Position numbers and translations under genes: made by a program
The notes under the pieces: model-generated
The model's database searches: none
What the model saw: the letters and a program-made list of their open reading frames with translations, nothing else
What the model was told of the DNA's origin: nothing
DNA from: Chloroflexota bacterium
Lineage (GTDB): Bacteria; Chloroflexota; Dormibacteria; Aeolococcales; Aeolococcaceae
Reading direction: 5' to 3'
DNA: 57,935 nucleotides
Assembly (NCBI GenBank): GCA_034666465.1
Contig: JAXDLT010000416.1
Location: 1 to 57,935, forward strand
In this document: piece after piece, positions 36,825-46,408 of the stretch
Layout of the letters: every line of letters begins with the position of its first letter
Numbering within the stretch: position 1 is the first letter of the stretch

Positions 36825-37777
36825 CGCGCCGCGGCGCTGGCGAGCGCCTGCTGCAGCGCGGCGAGCTGGCTGCTCTGCCAGTCCTGGAAGGTGACGTTCG
36901 CGGGAGCGAGCGTCTCGGTGATGGAGACCACCGGGATCCCCCGGGCGCTGGCCCTGTCGACGAGTTGCTGGATGTCCGGTGTGGAGTTCTGCCGGTCGAA
37001 CACCAGGACCTTGATCTGGCCGCCCGCGATCTGCGTGTCGAAGGTCGTCCTGTCCGCGGCCGGCGGGTCCGTCCCCTCGTTGGTCGCCTTCATGTACGCG
37101 GGCGGGGTGGTGAGGTTGAGGCCGATGTCGTCGGCGAGGTACACGAAGATGCTCTCGGTGGCGCCGACGGGGACGCCGGAGTACGCCTGCCGGATCGCGG
37201 CCCGAAGGTCGTCGTACCGCTTCAGGCGGGTGGACTCGTAGGTCGCTCTCTGCTGGTCGAAGTACGCGGAGTCCGCGCTGTCGAGCGCCTTCAGGTCGGT
37301 GGCGATGCGGTCGATCACCGTCCTGACGTAGGTCGGCGAGTACCACATGTGCGGGTTGTCGCCATCCATCCTGCCGATGAGGTGGCCGACGTCGAGGACC
37401 ACACGCCCGCTCACGGGATTGGCCGCAAGGAGCCTGTCCGCCCAGGCGTCGTAGCCGGCGCCGTTGACGATCACGTACCGGGCACCGGCGAAGGTCCGGC
37501 CGTCCTGGGGCGTCGGCTCGTACGAGTGCGGGTCGGTGCCGGGATTGGTGATGATGCTGACCGCCTGCACGCGATCGCCGCCGAGCTGGCCGGCGATGCT
37601 GCCCCAGAAGTTCTCCGCGGCGACGACGCGCACCCTGCCCCCGGCGGCGGCGAGGGTGCTGGACGAGGATCCGCAGCCCGCGAGCAGGACTGCGCTGAGG
37701 AGCGGGAGCGCCACCAGCAGTCCCCGGACCCGCGGTCCTGCGAGGGACCATGGTGAATTGCGAATGATTCTCATCAC
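36821..37777 (-). CDS. metal ABC transporter substrate-binding lipoprotein (ZnuA/TroA family)
   Basis: Lipobox LLAGC, metal-ligand motifs DPHSYEP and NPHMW, cluster-9 SBP length. The start is GTG 37777 or ATG 37774. Confidence 0.9.
   Translation of the reverse strand: MMRIIRNSPWSLAGPRVRGLLVALPLLSAVLLAGCGSSSSTLAAAGGRVRVVAAENFWGSIAGQLGGDRVQAVSIITNPGTDPHSYEPTPQDGRTFAGARYVIVNGAGYDAWADRLLAANPVSGRVVLDVGHLIGRMDGDNPHMWYSPTYVRTVIDRIATDLKALDSADSAYFDQQRATYESTRLKRYDDLRAAIRQAYSGVPVGATESIFVYLADDIGLNLTTPPAYMKATNEGTDPPAADRTTFDTQIAGGQIKVLVFDRQNSTPDIQQLVDRASARGIPVVSITETLAPANVTFQDWQSSQLAALQQALASAAAR
37759..37773 (-). promoter_or_regulatory. Zur-box-like palindrome TGAGAATCATTCGCA
   Basis: 12 of 15 matches to the actinobacterial Zur consensus as I remember it (TGAAAATCATTTTCA). 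It is an AT-rich island overlapping codons 2-6 of the SBP gene. Confidence 0.4.
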
Positions 37778-37781
37778 CAGT

Positions 37782-37811
37782 ACGGTAGGGTACTCGCCGC
37801 CCCGGCGTCAA
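37782..37811 (-). promoter_or_regulatory. sigma-70-like promoter (TTGACG-18-TACCGT) placing the TSS at the SBP start codon (leaderless)
   Basis: The minus strand reads cTTGACG-ccggggcggcgagtaccc-TACCGT-actg-GTGATG. No SD lies upstream of the start. Confidence 0.4.
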
Positions 37812-38192
37812 GCGGGTGTCTCGCGGGGTGGGTAGCATGCGCCGTCCACACCACATGCCGACGACCTGGAGCTGCCGATGACCCGCCCGACAGCCACCCC
37901 ATCCAACGGGCCGAGGCCCGTTGGGCCTGCAGGTCAGCTCGCCGGCACCTCCGCCCGTGGTCGCCGACTTCTGGGCCGCGGTCAACGCCGCCACGATCGG
38001 CTGACGCCACCTGATGGGCGCCCCCGCCTGCCGGGCATCGACAGAACCGACGAGATTCACGCCGCGGCATCGCCGTGTGACCGGCGAACCTAGTCAGGTC
38101 CGGCGATGACAGGGCGGTCCCGTCGCCCATAGGGTAACGATCACAGGGGGCGCAGCCGCCATTCGCCGATTGCCCCGTGCGGAGGAGCAAGG

Positions 38193-39836
38193 ATGGCAGC
38201 CTCTCATCTCACGCGGACGCCGTTGACGCGCTCCGAGTCGGACGGGCGGGGCAGCGACGTCGACACCCGACAGATCAGGCGCATCGAGCCGCGCATGAGC
38301 GTCCGCACCATGATGCGGCAGGCCGTCACCTTCAACGCCCGCCGTCCGGCGATCATCACCGAGGATCGAACGTTCACCTTCACCGAGGCATGGGACCGGG
38401 GGGTGCGCCTGGCCAACGGCCTGCGCGCTCTCGGCATGAAGCCCGGCGAGAGGGTTGCCGGCGTCCAGGACAACAACCTGGGTGCGTCCGACTTCCTCAT
38501 CGGCTGCGCCGTCGCCGGCCTGGTGCGCGTACCCCTCTACCCGCGCAACTCCGGCGAGGCGCACGCCCAGATGCTCGCGGGCACGCAGTGCCGCCTCCTG
38601 CTCGCCGACGAGGCGTACGCCGACAGCGTCCATGGCCTCGAGCGCGACATCCGGGGACTCGACCACATCCACATCCGGGACAGTGGATACGAGGAATGGC
38701 TCGCGACCCAGGATCCCACCGATCCGGATGTCGCGATCTCGGGCGACGACTGGTACGTGATCCGCCATGCAGCCGGCACGACGGGAGGCTCGAGGGGCGT
38801 GGGGTACACGAACCACGACTGGTTGGTCTGCTGCCGGAACTGGGTCTATTCGCTGCCACGCCTGACCCGGCTCAGCGCCGTCGGCCACGCCGGTCCGATC
38901 TCCCACGCCTCGGGGTACCTCTTCGTCCCCGGGTGGCTGCACGGCGCGGTCAACGTGCTGTTCGGGCCGTTCGATCCGGGCAGGGTGCTCTCCATGATGG
39001 AGGAGCACCGCATCAGCCACATGTGGGCGGTGCCCACCATGCTGCATGCGCTGGCACACCACCCCGCCGCCGACCGGCGGGACTGGTCGCACCTCCGGGC
39101 GATCCTGGTCGGCGGCGCGCCGATCACCGACGCGACCGCGCTTGCTGCTCACCGCGTGTTCGGTGACACGCTTCACCACATCTTCGGCCAGATCGAGGCC
39201 GTGCCGTTGACGATGATGGGTCCGGACGAGTGGTTCGGCGCAGTCGACGGTTCGGTCCCGATGCGGTCGGCCGGGCGCGTCCTCCCCTATGTCGAGCTGC
39301 AGATCCGCGGCGAGGACGGGAGCACCGTCCTTCCGCACGGATCGGAGGGCGAGATCTACGTGCGGTGCGAGGCGCAGATGCGCGAATTCTGGGGGGACGA
39401 GGAGCTGACGCGATCACGTCTCGTCGACGGCTGGGTGCGGACGGGCGACATCGGCAGGCTGGATGGCAACGGCTACCTCTACGTCCTCGACAGGGCCGAC
39501 GACGTGATCGTCTCCGGTGGCTTCACCATCTGGCCGGTCGAGGTCGAGGCGGTGATCGCCGACCATCCGGCGGTGATCGAGGTCGTGGTCTTCGCGATCC
39601 CGGACGACCGCTGGGGAGAGACCCCGATGGCGCTGTGCCGCGTCGCCGAGGACGCCTCGGTGGAGGCTGAGGAGATCATCGATCTCTGCAGCATGCGCCT
39701 CGGGTCGTACAGGAAGCCGTCCCGTGTGGCCTTCACCACCGAGCCGCTGCTCAGGAGCGTCGTCGGCAAGCTTCAGCGCAAGGCGCTGCGCGAGCCGTAC
39801 TGGGCCGGGAAGGAGCGTCGGGTCGCGGGGGCCTGA
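38193..39836 (+). CDS. AMP-dependent acyl-CoA synthetase/ligase
   Basis: Adenylate-forming motifs IRHAAGTTGGSRG, GEIYV, TGDIG, and C-terminal GKLQRKALRE. The start may be ATG 38295 (MSVRTMMRQAV). Confidence 0.9.
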   Translation: MAASHLTRTPLTRSESDGRGSDVDTRQIRRIEPRMSVRTMMRQAVTFNARRPAIITEDRTFTFTEAWDRGVRLANGLRALGMKPGERVAGVQDNNLGASDFLIGCAVAGLVRVPLYPRNSGEAHAQMLAGTQCRLLLADEAYADSVHGLERDIRGLDHIHIRDSGYEEWLATQDPTDPDVAISGDDWYVIRHAAGTTGGSRGVGYTNHDWLVCCRNWVYSLPRLTRLSAVGHAGPISHASGYLFVPGWLHGAVNVLFGPFDPGRVLSMMEEHRISHMWAVPTMLHALAHHPAADRRDWSHLRAILVGGAPITDATALAAHRVFGDTLHHIFGQIEAVPLTMMGPDEWFGAVDGSVPMRSAGRVLPYVELQIRGEDGSTVLPHGSEGEIYVRCEAQMREFWGDEELTRSRLVDGWVRTGDIGRLDGNGYLYVLDRADDVIVSGGFTIWPVEVEAVIADHPAVIEVVVFAIPDDRWGETPMALCRVAEDASVEAEEIIDLCSMRLGSYRKPSRVAFTTEPLLRSVVGKLQRKALREPYWAGKERRVAGA

Positions 39837-39841
39837 ATGCC

Positions 39842-41077
39842 ATGAGCGACGTGTACGTGGCCGGCGCGGCGATGACAGGCTTCGGCAGGTTTCCGCAGAG
39901 CTCGATCCGCTCGCTTGCGGAGGAGGCGGTGAGCGAGGCGCTGGCGGACGCCGGAATCGGGCCACAGGACGTGCAGATGGCCGCCTTCGCCAACGCCGCC
40001 GGCGGCGTCCTGAGCGGCCAGGAGATGATCCGCGGGCAGACGGCGCTGCGTCACACCGGGCTGCTCGGCATTCCCATCCTCAACGTCGAGAACGCGTGCG
40101 CCTCCGGCTCGAGCGCGGTGCACCTCGCCTGGCTGGCGATCCGCGCAGGGGCCTGCGATGTCGCCCTCGCCGTCGGTGCCGAGAAGCTCACTCACGAGGA
40201 CCGATCGCGACCGTTCGCCGCCCTGGCGGCCGCGCTCGACCAGTCCCAGGCCGACGAGCTCACGCGCGAGCTGCGACCCTCTCTCCGTCGCCGGAAGGGA
40301 GCGTCCGCCCCGGACCAGGTGGCGGCCGGCGACGGTGAGCGGTCGATCTTCATGGACCTCTACGCTGCCGAGGCCCGCACCTACATGGAGTCCAGCGGGG
40401 CCACCATCGAGGATCTGGCGCGGGTGGTGGTCAAGAGCCATCACCATGCCGTTGCCAACCCCAAGGCGCAGTACCGCCGGGAGGTGACGGTGGAGGAGGT
40501 GCTCGCCAGCCGGGAGATCGCGGCTCCCCTCACGCTGCTGATGTGCTCACGGATCAGCGACGGCGCCGCCGCGCTGGTCCTGTGCTCCGAGGGGTTCGCG
40601 CAGCGGCATGGAAGGACCACGGTCCGGCTGCGGACCTCGGCTCTCGTCTCCGGCCGTGACCGGCGGCCGCACGAGGCGACGGCGGTCGAGCGAGCCGCCG
40701 CACTCGCGTACGAGCAGGTGGGCATCGGTCCCGACGACGTGGACGTCGTCGAGCTCCAGGACGCCGCGGCGCCCGCCGAGCTGATCACCTACGAGGAGCT
40801 CGGCCTGTGTCCCGCCGACGAAGGGCCCGCACTGCTCGCCTCGGGGGCGACCGCGGTCGGCGGTCGCATGCCCGTGAACCCCAGTGGCGGCCTGCTCTCG
40901 AAGGGCGATCCGATGGGGGCGAGTGGCTGCGCACAGCTCGTCGAGCTGGTCGACCAGCTGCGGCGCCGCTGCGGTCCGCGGCAGATCGCCGGTGCCCGCA
41001 TCGCCCTCGCCGAGAACGCGGGCGGCTATCTCGGGAACGACCCTGCCGCCGCCGTTGTCACCATCCTGTCGAGGTAG
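39842..41077 (+). CDS. thiolase-family protein (SCP-x / lipid-transfer-type acetyl-CoA acyltransferase)
   Basis: MSDVYVAGAAMTGFGRF, active-site ENACASGSSA, C-terminal NPSGGLLSKGDPMGASG. Starts 5 nt after the synthetase stop. Confidence 0.9.
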   Translation: MSDVYVAGAAMTGFGRFPQSSIRSLAEEAVSEALADAGIGPQDVQMAAFANAAGGVLSGQEMIRGQTALRHTGLLGIPILNVENACASGSSAVHLAWLAIRAGACDVALAVGAEKLTHEDRSRPFAALAAALDQSQADELTRELRPSLRRRKGASAPDQVAAGDGERSIFMDLYAAEARTYMESSGATIEDLARVVVKSHHHAVANPKAQYRREVTVEEVLASREIAAPLTLLMCSRISDGAAALVLCSEGFAQRHGRTTVRLRTSALVSGRDRRPHEATAVERAAALAYEQVGIGPDDVDVVELQDAAAPAELITYEELGLCPADEGPALLASGATAVGGRMPVNPSGGLLSKGDPMGASGCAQLVELVDQLRRRCGPRQIAGARIALAENAGGYLGNDPAAAVVTILSR

Positions 41078-41107
41078 CCGCCACCGATCGAGCGCCCAGC
41101 GACGTGC

Positions 41108-44023
41108 TCATCCGACAGGCTCGTGGCCACGAGGCTCAGCCGTCGTCACACGGTCCGAGTGAGGTGTCGCGGCCGTCCCCAGCGCTCCCGACAGCTCGAT
41201 GCGGGTGCTGACGTCGAGCTTGGTGAACACATTGGTGAGGTGGCCCTCGACGGTCCGGGCGGTGACGAACAGGTGCTGGGCGATCTGACGGTTGGTGAGC
41301 CCCTGGGCGGCCAGCTCGGCGATGCGGAGCTCGCTGGCGGTGAGGGCCTCGAGGCCGGTGAGCAGCACGCGGCGCGGCCGGGCGCCGGTGGCGCGCAGCT
41401 CGGTCTCGGCCCGGTCGGCGAGGGGGCGGGCGCCGGCGCGGTGCGCCGCGTCGACCGCGCGGCGCAGCAGCTCCCGGGCATCGGCGCGGCGGTTGCCGCG
41501 GCGCAGGAGCGCGCCGAGATCGGTGAGCGCGCGCGCCTGTTCGAGCCGGGTGTCGGGGCCGCCCAGCACCTCGATCGCCTCGCGCAGCAGCGACTCGCCG
41601 AGCGCACCGCCGGCGACCAGCCCGGCGGCCCGCAGCGCCACGCCGAGCGCGCGCGGGGCGCCGAAGGCGCGGGCCAGGGCCACCTCCTCCTCACTCAGGA
41701 GACGCGCCGCTTCGCCCTCACCCAGGGCGAGCTGCACCAGCGCGGTGTCGGAGCGCCAAGCGAGGTAGCAGGGGCTGCGCGCCTGCGTCCGCGATGCGAT
41801 CTCACCGACCGCCCGGAGGTCGGCGAGTGCCTCGGGGAGCCGCCGCTGCGCCAGCCGCAGGCGGGCACGAGCGTGGCGCAGCAACCCCGCCGTCTGCGAC
41901 ATGCCCTGGAGGTCGGCATCGAGCGGTCCGAGTGCCCGCTCGGCGCCCTCGAGCTCGCCGCGTTCCACGAGTGCCCAGACCAGCGCCCCCATCGCGAGCG
42001 GACGGTGGATCAGGATGGACGATGGGTTGGGGGTCTCGAGCAGGGCGCGCGCATCCGCCTCGACGGCGGTGAGATCGCCACGCCGGACCGCGAGCCAGGC
42101 CCGCTGTGCCAGCACCGCGGGAAGCACCAGCCCGTTCGCCGACGCCCGCGCCTCGGCCACGGCGGCGTCCAGCAGCGCCTGGGCCTCGCCGTAGCGCTCG
42201 GAGTAGAAGAGCGCGATGGTGGCGTACAGGAACCATGGCGGCTCGCCCGTCTCGGGCAGCGCGCGCGGGCCGGCGGCGATCGCCCGGCGAGCCAGCTCGG
42301 CAGCCTGCTCCGCCGGCTCGTTGGCCGACGCCGCCACGTAGGCCGCGACCGCCAGCGCAAGGCGCGGGACCGGCTGCTCCCTGGCGAGCGCGAGGAGGGC
42401 GCCGGCTCGACCGGCCACCGAGGGCGCGATGTCCGCGTCGAGGAATCCGAGTGCGACGGCCATGGCCTCCAGCGTCACGTGAGCGTCGCGCTCGTGCCGG
42501 TCGACATCGGCCTGGACGTGGTCGACCACCTCGACCGCCTCGGCCAGCCGGAGGTGGAGGCCCAGGGCCATGGCGAGCAGCAGTCCGGCGGCGGTTCGTG
42601 CCCTGTCGTCCCCGGCCGCCGCCACCGCCGCCGTCAGGTGCTCCTCCCACCCGGGGTGTCCGGCGCTGTACTCGGCCGAGCCGAGGTCGAGCAGCAGGCC
42701 CCCGTCGACCTCCGCCGGCGGCGGCTCCGCGAGTGCGCGGCGGAGGTAGGCGACCGCGGAGTCCGGCGCGCCGCCCGTGGCCGCGGTCCGGGCGGCTCGC
42801 CTCAGCTGCTCCACCACCCAGCCGTCGCCCGCCGGAGCGGTCAGCAGCAGATGCTCGGCGGCACGGGCCTCGCCCGCGTGGCCCTCCGCCAGCAGGCGCG
42901 CCGCGCGTCCGTGCGCCTCGGCGCGGTCGGTCGCGGCGATCTCCCCGTAGACGCCGGCGCGCAGCATGGGATGGGCGAAGGCGAGCGGCCGCTCCGCCAG
43001 CACGCCGGCGCGGACGAGAAGCTCGGCCGCCTCCGCCGCCGCGCCGGGTGCGAGCCCGGCCAGCTCCGCCGCCTCCGCCGGCTCGGCGCGCTCCAGGACC
43101 GATACCGCGCGGGCGAGGCGGGCCGCGTCCGGGCCCAGCCGCCGGAGCTGCAGCACCGCCCATCGACCCACGGTGGCGGTGGCGAGCCCCTGCACCCTCG
43201 ACGCCGAGGCGGCGACCGGAGCGACCCCCGCCTCCTGCAGCGCCGCCACGAGCGTGCGGACCAGGAACGGCGTTCCGCCGGTCGCCTCCCGGCATGCCGA
43301 CGCGAAGCCGGGGTCCGGCTCGGAGCCCAACCCCGCCGCGACCATCCGGGCGACGCCGCCGGCGGAGAGCGGTGCCAGCGTGAGGATCTCGGTCGCCGAG
43401 TCCATCGCCAGCACGGCGAGCAGCTCGCCCTCACGACCCGCTCCCGCCTCGGCGGGCCGCGCCGCCAGCAGCACGGCGGCGCGCAGCTCCTCCACTCGGG
43501 GCAGCAGGAAGGCGAGGAAGCGCAGCGATCCACAGTCCACCCACTGCGCGTCGTCGACCACCAGCGCCACCGGCCGCTCGGCCGCCAGGTTCGCGAACAG
43601 CCAGTAGAGCCCGTGGAGCACCGCGAAGGACGGGTCCGGAGCGGCCAGCGCGGGCTCGCCGGCCGCGCGGTGCGCCCGCGGCAGGCCGAGCAGCGCTGCC
43701 GCGACCCCGGGTGGGCCCTCCAGGAGCGAGGCACGCTCGCCGTCCGGCGCCTCCGCCAGGAGCGGCTCGACCAGCTGCCGCACCACGCCGAACGCGAACT
43801 CGCGCTCCAGCTCGGCACCGCGCGCCCGCAGCACCCGGAAGCCCTCGGCCTCCGCCACCTCGCGCGCGGCCCCGAGCATCACGGTCTTGCCCATGCCGGC
43901 GGGCCCCTCGACGACGAGCGCGCCGCCTCGACCCTCGCGCGCCCGCCGCAGGCTCCGCCGGATCCGCTCGAGCTCCCGCTCGCGCTCGAACAAGGGGCCG
44001 TCATCCGCCGTCACGCCTGACAT
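41108..44023 (-). CDS. LuxR-family large ATP-binding regulator (LAL)
   Basis: Walker A GPAGMGKTVML, Walker B ALVVDDAQW, long helical repeats, and C-terminal LTASELRIAELAAQGLTNRQIAQHLFVTARTVEGHLTNVFTKL. Confidence 0.9.
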   Translation of the reverse strand: MSGVTADDGPLFERERELERIRRSLRRAREGRGGALVVEGPAGMGKTVMLGAAREVAEAEGFRVLRARGAELEREFAFGVVRQLVEPLLAEAPDGERASLLEGPPGVAAALLGLPRAHRAAGEPALAAPDPSFAVLHGLYWLFANLAAERPVALVVDDAQWVDCGSLRFLAFLLPRVEELRAAVLLAARPAEAGAGREGELLAVLAMDSATEILTLAPLSAGGVARMVAAGLGSEPDPGFASACREATGGTPFLVRTLVAALQEAGVAPVAASASRVQGLATATVGRWAVLQLRRLGPDAARLARAVSVLERAEPAEAAELAGLAPGAAAEAAELLVRAGVLAERPLAFAHPMLRAGVYGEIAATDRAEAHGRAARLLAEGHAGEARAAEHLLLTAPAGDGWVVEQLRRAARTAATGGAPDSAVAYLRRALAEPPPAEVDGGLLLDLGSAEYSAGHPGWEEHLTAAVAAAGDDRARTAAGLLLAMALGLHLRLAEAVEVVDHVQADVDRHERDAHVTLEAMAVALGFLDADIAPSVAGRAGALLALAREQPVPRLALAVAAYVAASANEPAEQAAELARRAIAAGPRALPETGEPPWFLYATIALFYSERYGEAQALLDAAVAEARASANGLVLPAVLAQRAWLAVRRGDLTAVEADARALLETPNPSSILIHRPLAMGALVWALVERGELEGAERALGPLDADLQGMSQTAGLLRHARARLRLAQRRLPEALADLRAVGEIASRTQARSPCYLAWRSDTALVQLALGEGEAARLLSEEEVALARAFGAPRALGVALRAAGLVAGGALGESLLREAIEVLGGPDTRLEQARALTDLGALLRRGNRRADARELLRRAVDAAHRAGARPLADRAETELRATGARPRRVLLTGLEALTASELRIAELAAQGLTNRQIAQHLFVTARTVEGHLTNVFTKLDVSTRIELSGALGTAATPHSDRVTTAEPRGHEPVG

Positions 44024-44266
44024 TAAAGCCCCACACCGGCTCGCTGAGCGGCCACCGGGGCAGCGGGCAGAGGCGGCGACGACCGGCGGGCGCTACCGCC
44101 GGCGGCGCGGCGCTCCTGCCCAGACGGGCGCTCGAATCGGGGCGATCACCGCTCCGAGACGCAGAACGAGTGGCCTGTGGTGGCCGCCGCGGCCCTGCGC
44201 ACTCCGATCATCACGCATCCTGGAGGCGACCACGGTGGGTGTCGTGCGCGGGGGGACGGCCCTGGG

Positions 44267-45196
44267 TCATGCTCGCACCTTCTCGGTCACGATGGCCGGC
44301 TCCCTGAGGGCCCACACCCGCCGGTACGAGCCCCGGGTGAGATCGTCGACGAGCGAGGGGCCCTGCGCCGACCATCCCAGCTCCGTGCGCGCCCTCGCAG
44401 AGTCGACGCGGCTGTTGCTGGCCATCGAGACCGCGGACCTCGGACCGAGGGCCTGCGCCGCCTCCTCCATGCTGATCGAGACGGCGCCGTCGAGTCCGAG
44501 CAGGCGGGCGACGTCCGCCGCGATCTGGCGCATCTCGCACTCGCCGGCCGCCAGGTTGTACGCGCTGCCCGCCGGCGCGCGCTCCAGCGCCAGCAGGTAT
44601 GCCTCCGCCACGTCGTCGAGGTACACATTGCCGTACCGGTTGAGGCCACGGCCGGTGTACCGGCTGACCCCATCGCGCAGCGCGGCCCGCAGCAGCACCG
44701 GGAGCTGCTCGCTGCCGCCGTAGCCGTAGACCATCGAGGGACGCATGACCACCGTGTGGTCACCCGCGTCCGCGGCGGCCAGTGTGAGCAGGTCACTGTG
44801 GTATCGCGAGCCCACCTCCGGGATCGGCGTGTACCCGTCGTCCTCGGTGTGCACCGTGGCGCTCGGCTCACCCCCTGCCATGTCGGTGTAGATGCCGGTG
44901 CCGCTCGTCCGGATGAAGCGTCTGCCGGTCCCGGCGATGATCTCCAGCAGGGCCACGACGGACGCCGCATTGTCCGCACTCGCCGTCTCGACCACGGCAT
45001 CGACATCCTCGGCCGCAGCCCGCAGGGAGCTCGGGTCGCCGAGGTCGCCGAGCACGGGATCGATGCCCGACCGGGCCAGCGTGCGGATGCCGAGATCGTC
45101 GCGCACCAGGCCGGCCACCGTGTGGCCGGCGGTCGACAGTCGCTGTGCGACCGCTCGCCCGAGGTATCCGGTCGCGCCGGTGACGAGCACCTTCAT
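44267..45196 (-). CDS. NAD-dependent epimerase/dehydratase family protein
   Basis: MKVLVTGATGYLG Rossmann motif, 309 aa. ATG 45196 after GAGGTGG. I rejected the upstream 82 aa of the ORF track. Confidence 0.9.
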   Translation of the reverse strand: MKVLVTGATGYLGRAVAQRLSTAGHTVAGLVRDDLGIRTLARSGIDPVLGDLGDPSSLRAAAEDVDAVVETASADNAASVVALLEIIAGTGRRFIRTSGTGIYTDMAGGEPSATVHTEDDGYTPIPEVGSRYHSDLLTLAAADAGDHTVVMRPSMVYGYGGSEQLPVLLRAALRDGVSRYTGRGLNRYGNVYLDDVAEAYLLALERAPAGSAYNLAAGECEMRQIAADVARLLGLDGAVSISMEEAAQALGPRSAVSMASNSRVDSARARTELGWSAQGPSLVDDLTRGSYRRVWALREPAIVTEKVRA

Positions 45197-45422
45197 CGGT
45201 CCTACCACCTCTGTGTGCGAACACCGTGATTGCCGCATCGCTCCCGAACCCGGCGCGAGCACGCGGGATCGGATGGTGACGTCATGCTGGGTCGGCTCCC
45301 CGACGTCCACACCGGGGCACCCCCCGGTGATACCCCCCGGACTTTCGAAGGTCAGGGGATCTCGCCGGGGAGTGCCCCGGTGCGAATGCCGGGGCGGGAC
45401 CTCCGCCATTACCATGAGGGGC

Positions 45423-45881
45423 ATGAGCTCGACCCGTGTCACACGTCACATCGACGCGCCGCGCTCGGCGGTGTATCGCGCGCTTCTCGATGCGCGGGCG
45501 ATCGCCACGTGGAGGGTGCCGGCCGGCATGACCGGCCACGTGCACGAGTTCGACGCCCGCGAGGGTGGCTCGTTCCGCGTCTCGCTCACGTACGATGTGC
45601 CGAACGGGACCGGTAAGACGACGGCGCATACCGACACGTACCACGGCCACTTCGTGACGCTCGTGCCGGACGAGCAGGTGGTCGAGGTGCTCGAGTTCGA
45701 GACGGCGGATCCCGACCTGGGCGGCGAGATGACGATGACGACGACGCTTGCCGATGCAGACGGCGGGACCAACATTCTCGTCGTGCACGAGGCAATACCC
45801 GATGGCGTTCCGGTCACCGACAACGAGACCGGCACCAGGATGGCACTCGCGAATCTGGCCGCGCTCGTCGAGGCGGACTAG
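45423..45881 (+). CDS. SRPBCC / AHSA1-like domain protein
   Basis: MSSTRVTRHIDAPRSAVYRALLDARAIATW..., typical of the START-like Aha1/BPI fold, 152 aa. Confidence 0.85.
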   Translation: MSSTRVTRHIDAPRSAVYRALLDARAIATWRVPAGMTGHVHEFDAREGGSFRVSLTYDVPNGTGKTTAHTDTYHGHFVTLVPDEQVVEVLEFETADPDLGGEMTMTTTLADADGGTNILVVHEAIPDGVPVTDNETGTRMALANLAALVEAD

Positions 45882-46029
45882 AGACACCGCCGCGCGCTGC
45901 GTGCCCTCGGCGAGGACGTCCTAGGTCCGTCGCTCCCCGAGGGCGACACTGTCACCCAGCCTGAATCGGGGTGAAGTCTGATCCCGGACCGGGACGAGCA
46001 CATCACGCGATCGACCAGTTCCGGACCCG

Positions 46030-46320
46030 TCAGCGCCCGAAGCCTGCGGTCGCGCCGCGTCCGCCGCCGGCGCCGCGTCCTATCGCCCGAAGCAGGCCGA
46101 GCAGGATGCAGGCGCCGAGGAAGGCGACGATGCACTCGCCGACGAAGCTTCCGGCCACGTCGCTGCGGGTGATCGCGTGGAGGATCAGCCCGCCGATGAA
46201 GGCCCCCACCAGTCCCACGACGACGTCGCCGAGGAAGCCGAAGCCGCTGCCCTCGACGACCCGCCCCGCGAGTGCGCCGGCGATGAGTCCCACGAGAAGC
46301 CAGGCGATCAGGTGAGCCAT
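46030..46320 (-). CDS. GlsB/YeaQ/YmgE-family stress membrane protein
   Basis: MAHLIAWLLVGLIAGALAGRVV.. then GDVVVGLVGAFIGG. Three TM helices, Gly-rich basic tail, 96 aa. Confidence 0.85.
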   Translation of the reverse strand: MAHLIAWLLVGLIAGALAGRVVEGSGFGFLGDVVVGLVGAFIGGLILHAITRSDVAGSFVGECIVAFLGACILLGLLRAIGRGAGGGRGATAGFGR

Positions 46321-46408
46321 GGTCGTGCCCTCTACAGGTGTCTGTGTGCCTCCAGCGTGACCGGAGTCGCCAGACGGGCACATCACGCGAGTTGGTGGTT
46401 GGGACGCC

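Noticed and set aside
34136-38060. Two giant ORFs (34136..36121, 661 aa; 35919..38060, 713 aa) that would fuse the metal-transporter components.
   Set aside because: Only the C-terminal portions match the permease and ATPase families. The N-terminal portions are out-of-frame read-through over the real upstream genes. The locus was split into SBP, ATPase and two permeases with coupling overlaps.
38193-38294. The N-terminal 34 codons of the acyl-CoA synthetase ORF (MAASHLTRTPLTRSESDGRGSDVDTRQIRRIEPR).
   Set aside because: I could not decide between the start at 38193 and the ATG at 38295 (MSVRTMMRQAV, which aligns better with family N-termini). I kept the long model but flag the uncertainty rather than reporting a separate feature.
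41123-44020. 965-aa plus-strand ORF exactly antisense to the LAL gene. Similar cases are 21720..23324 (-), 23391..24626 (-), 17835..19658 (-), 24627..25913 (-), 50007..52376 (-) and 54089..56587 (-).
   Set aside because: These are typical shadow ORFs of very GC-rich DNA. They have Arg/Gly/Pro/Ala-dominated composition and no recognisable motifs. Each is fully overlapped by an opposite-strand ORF with clear family signatures.
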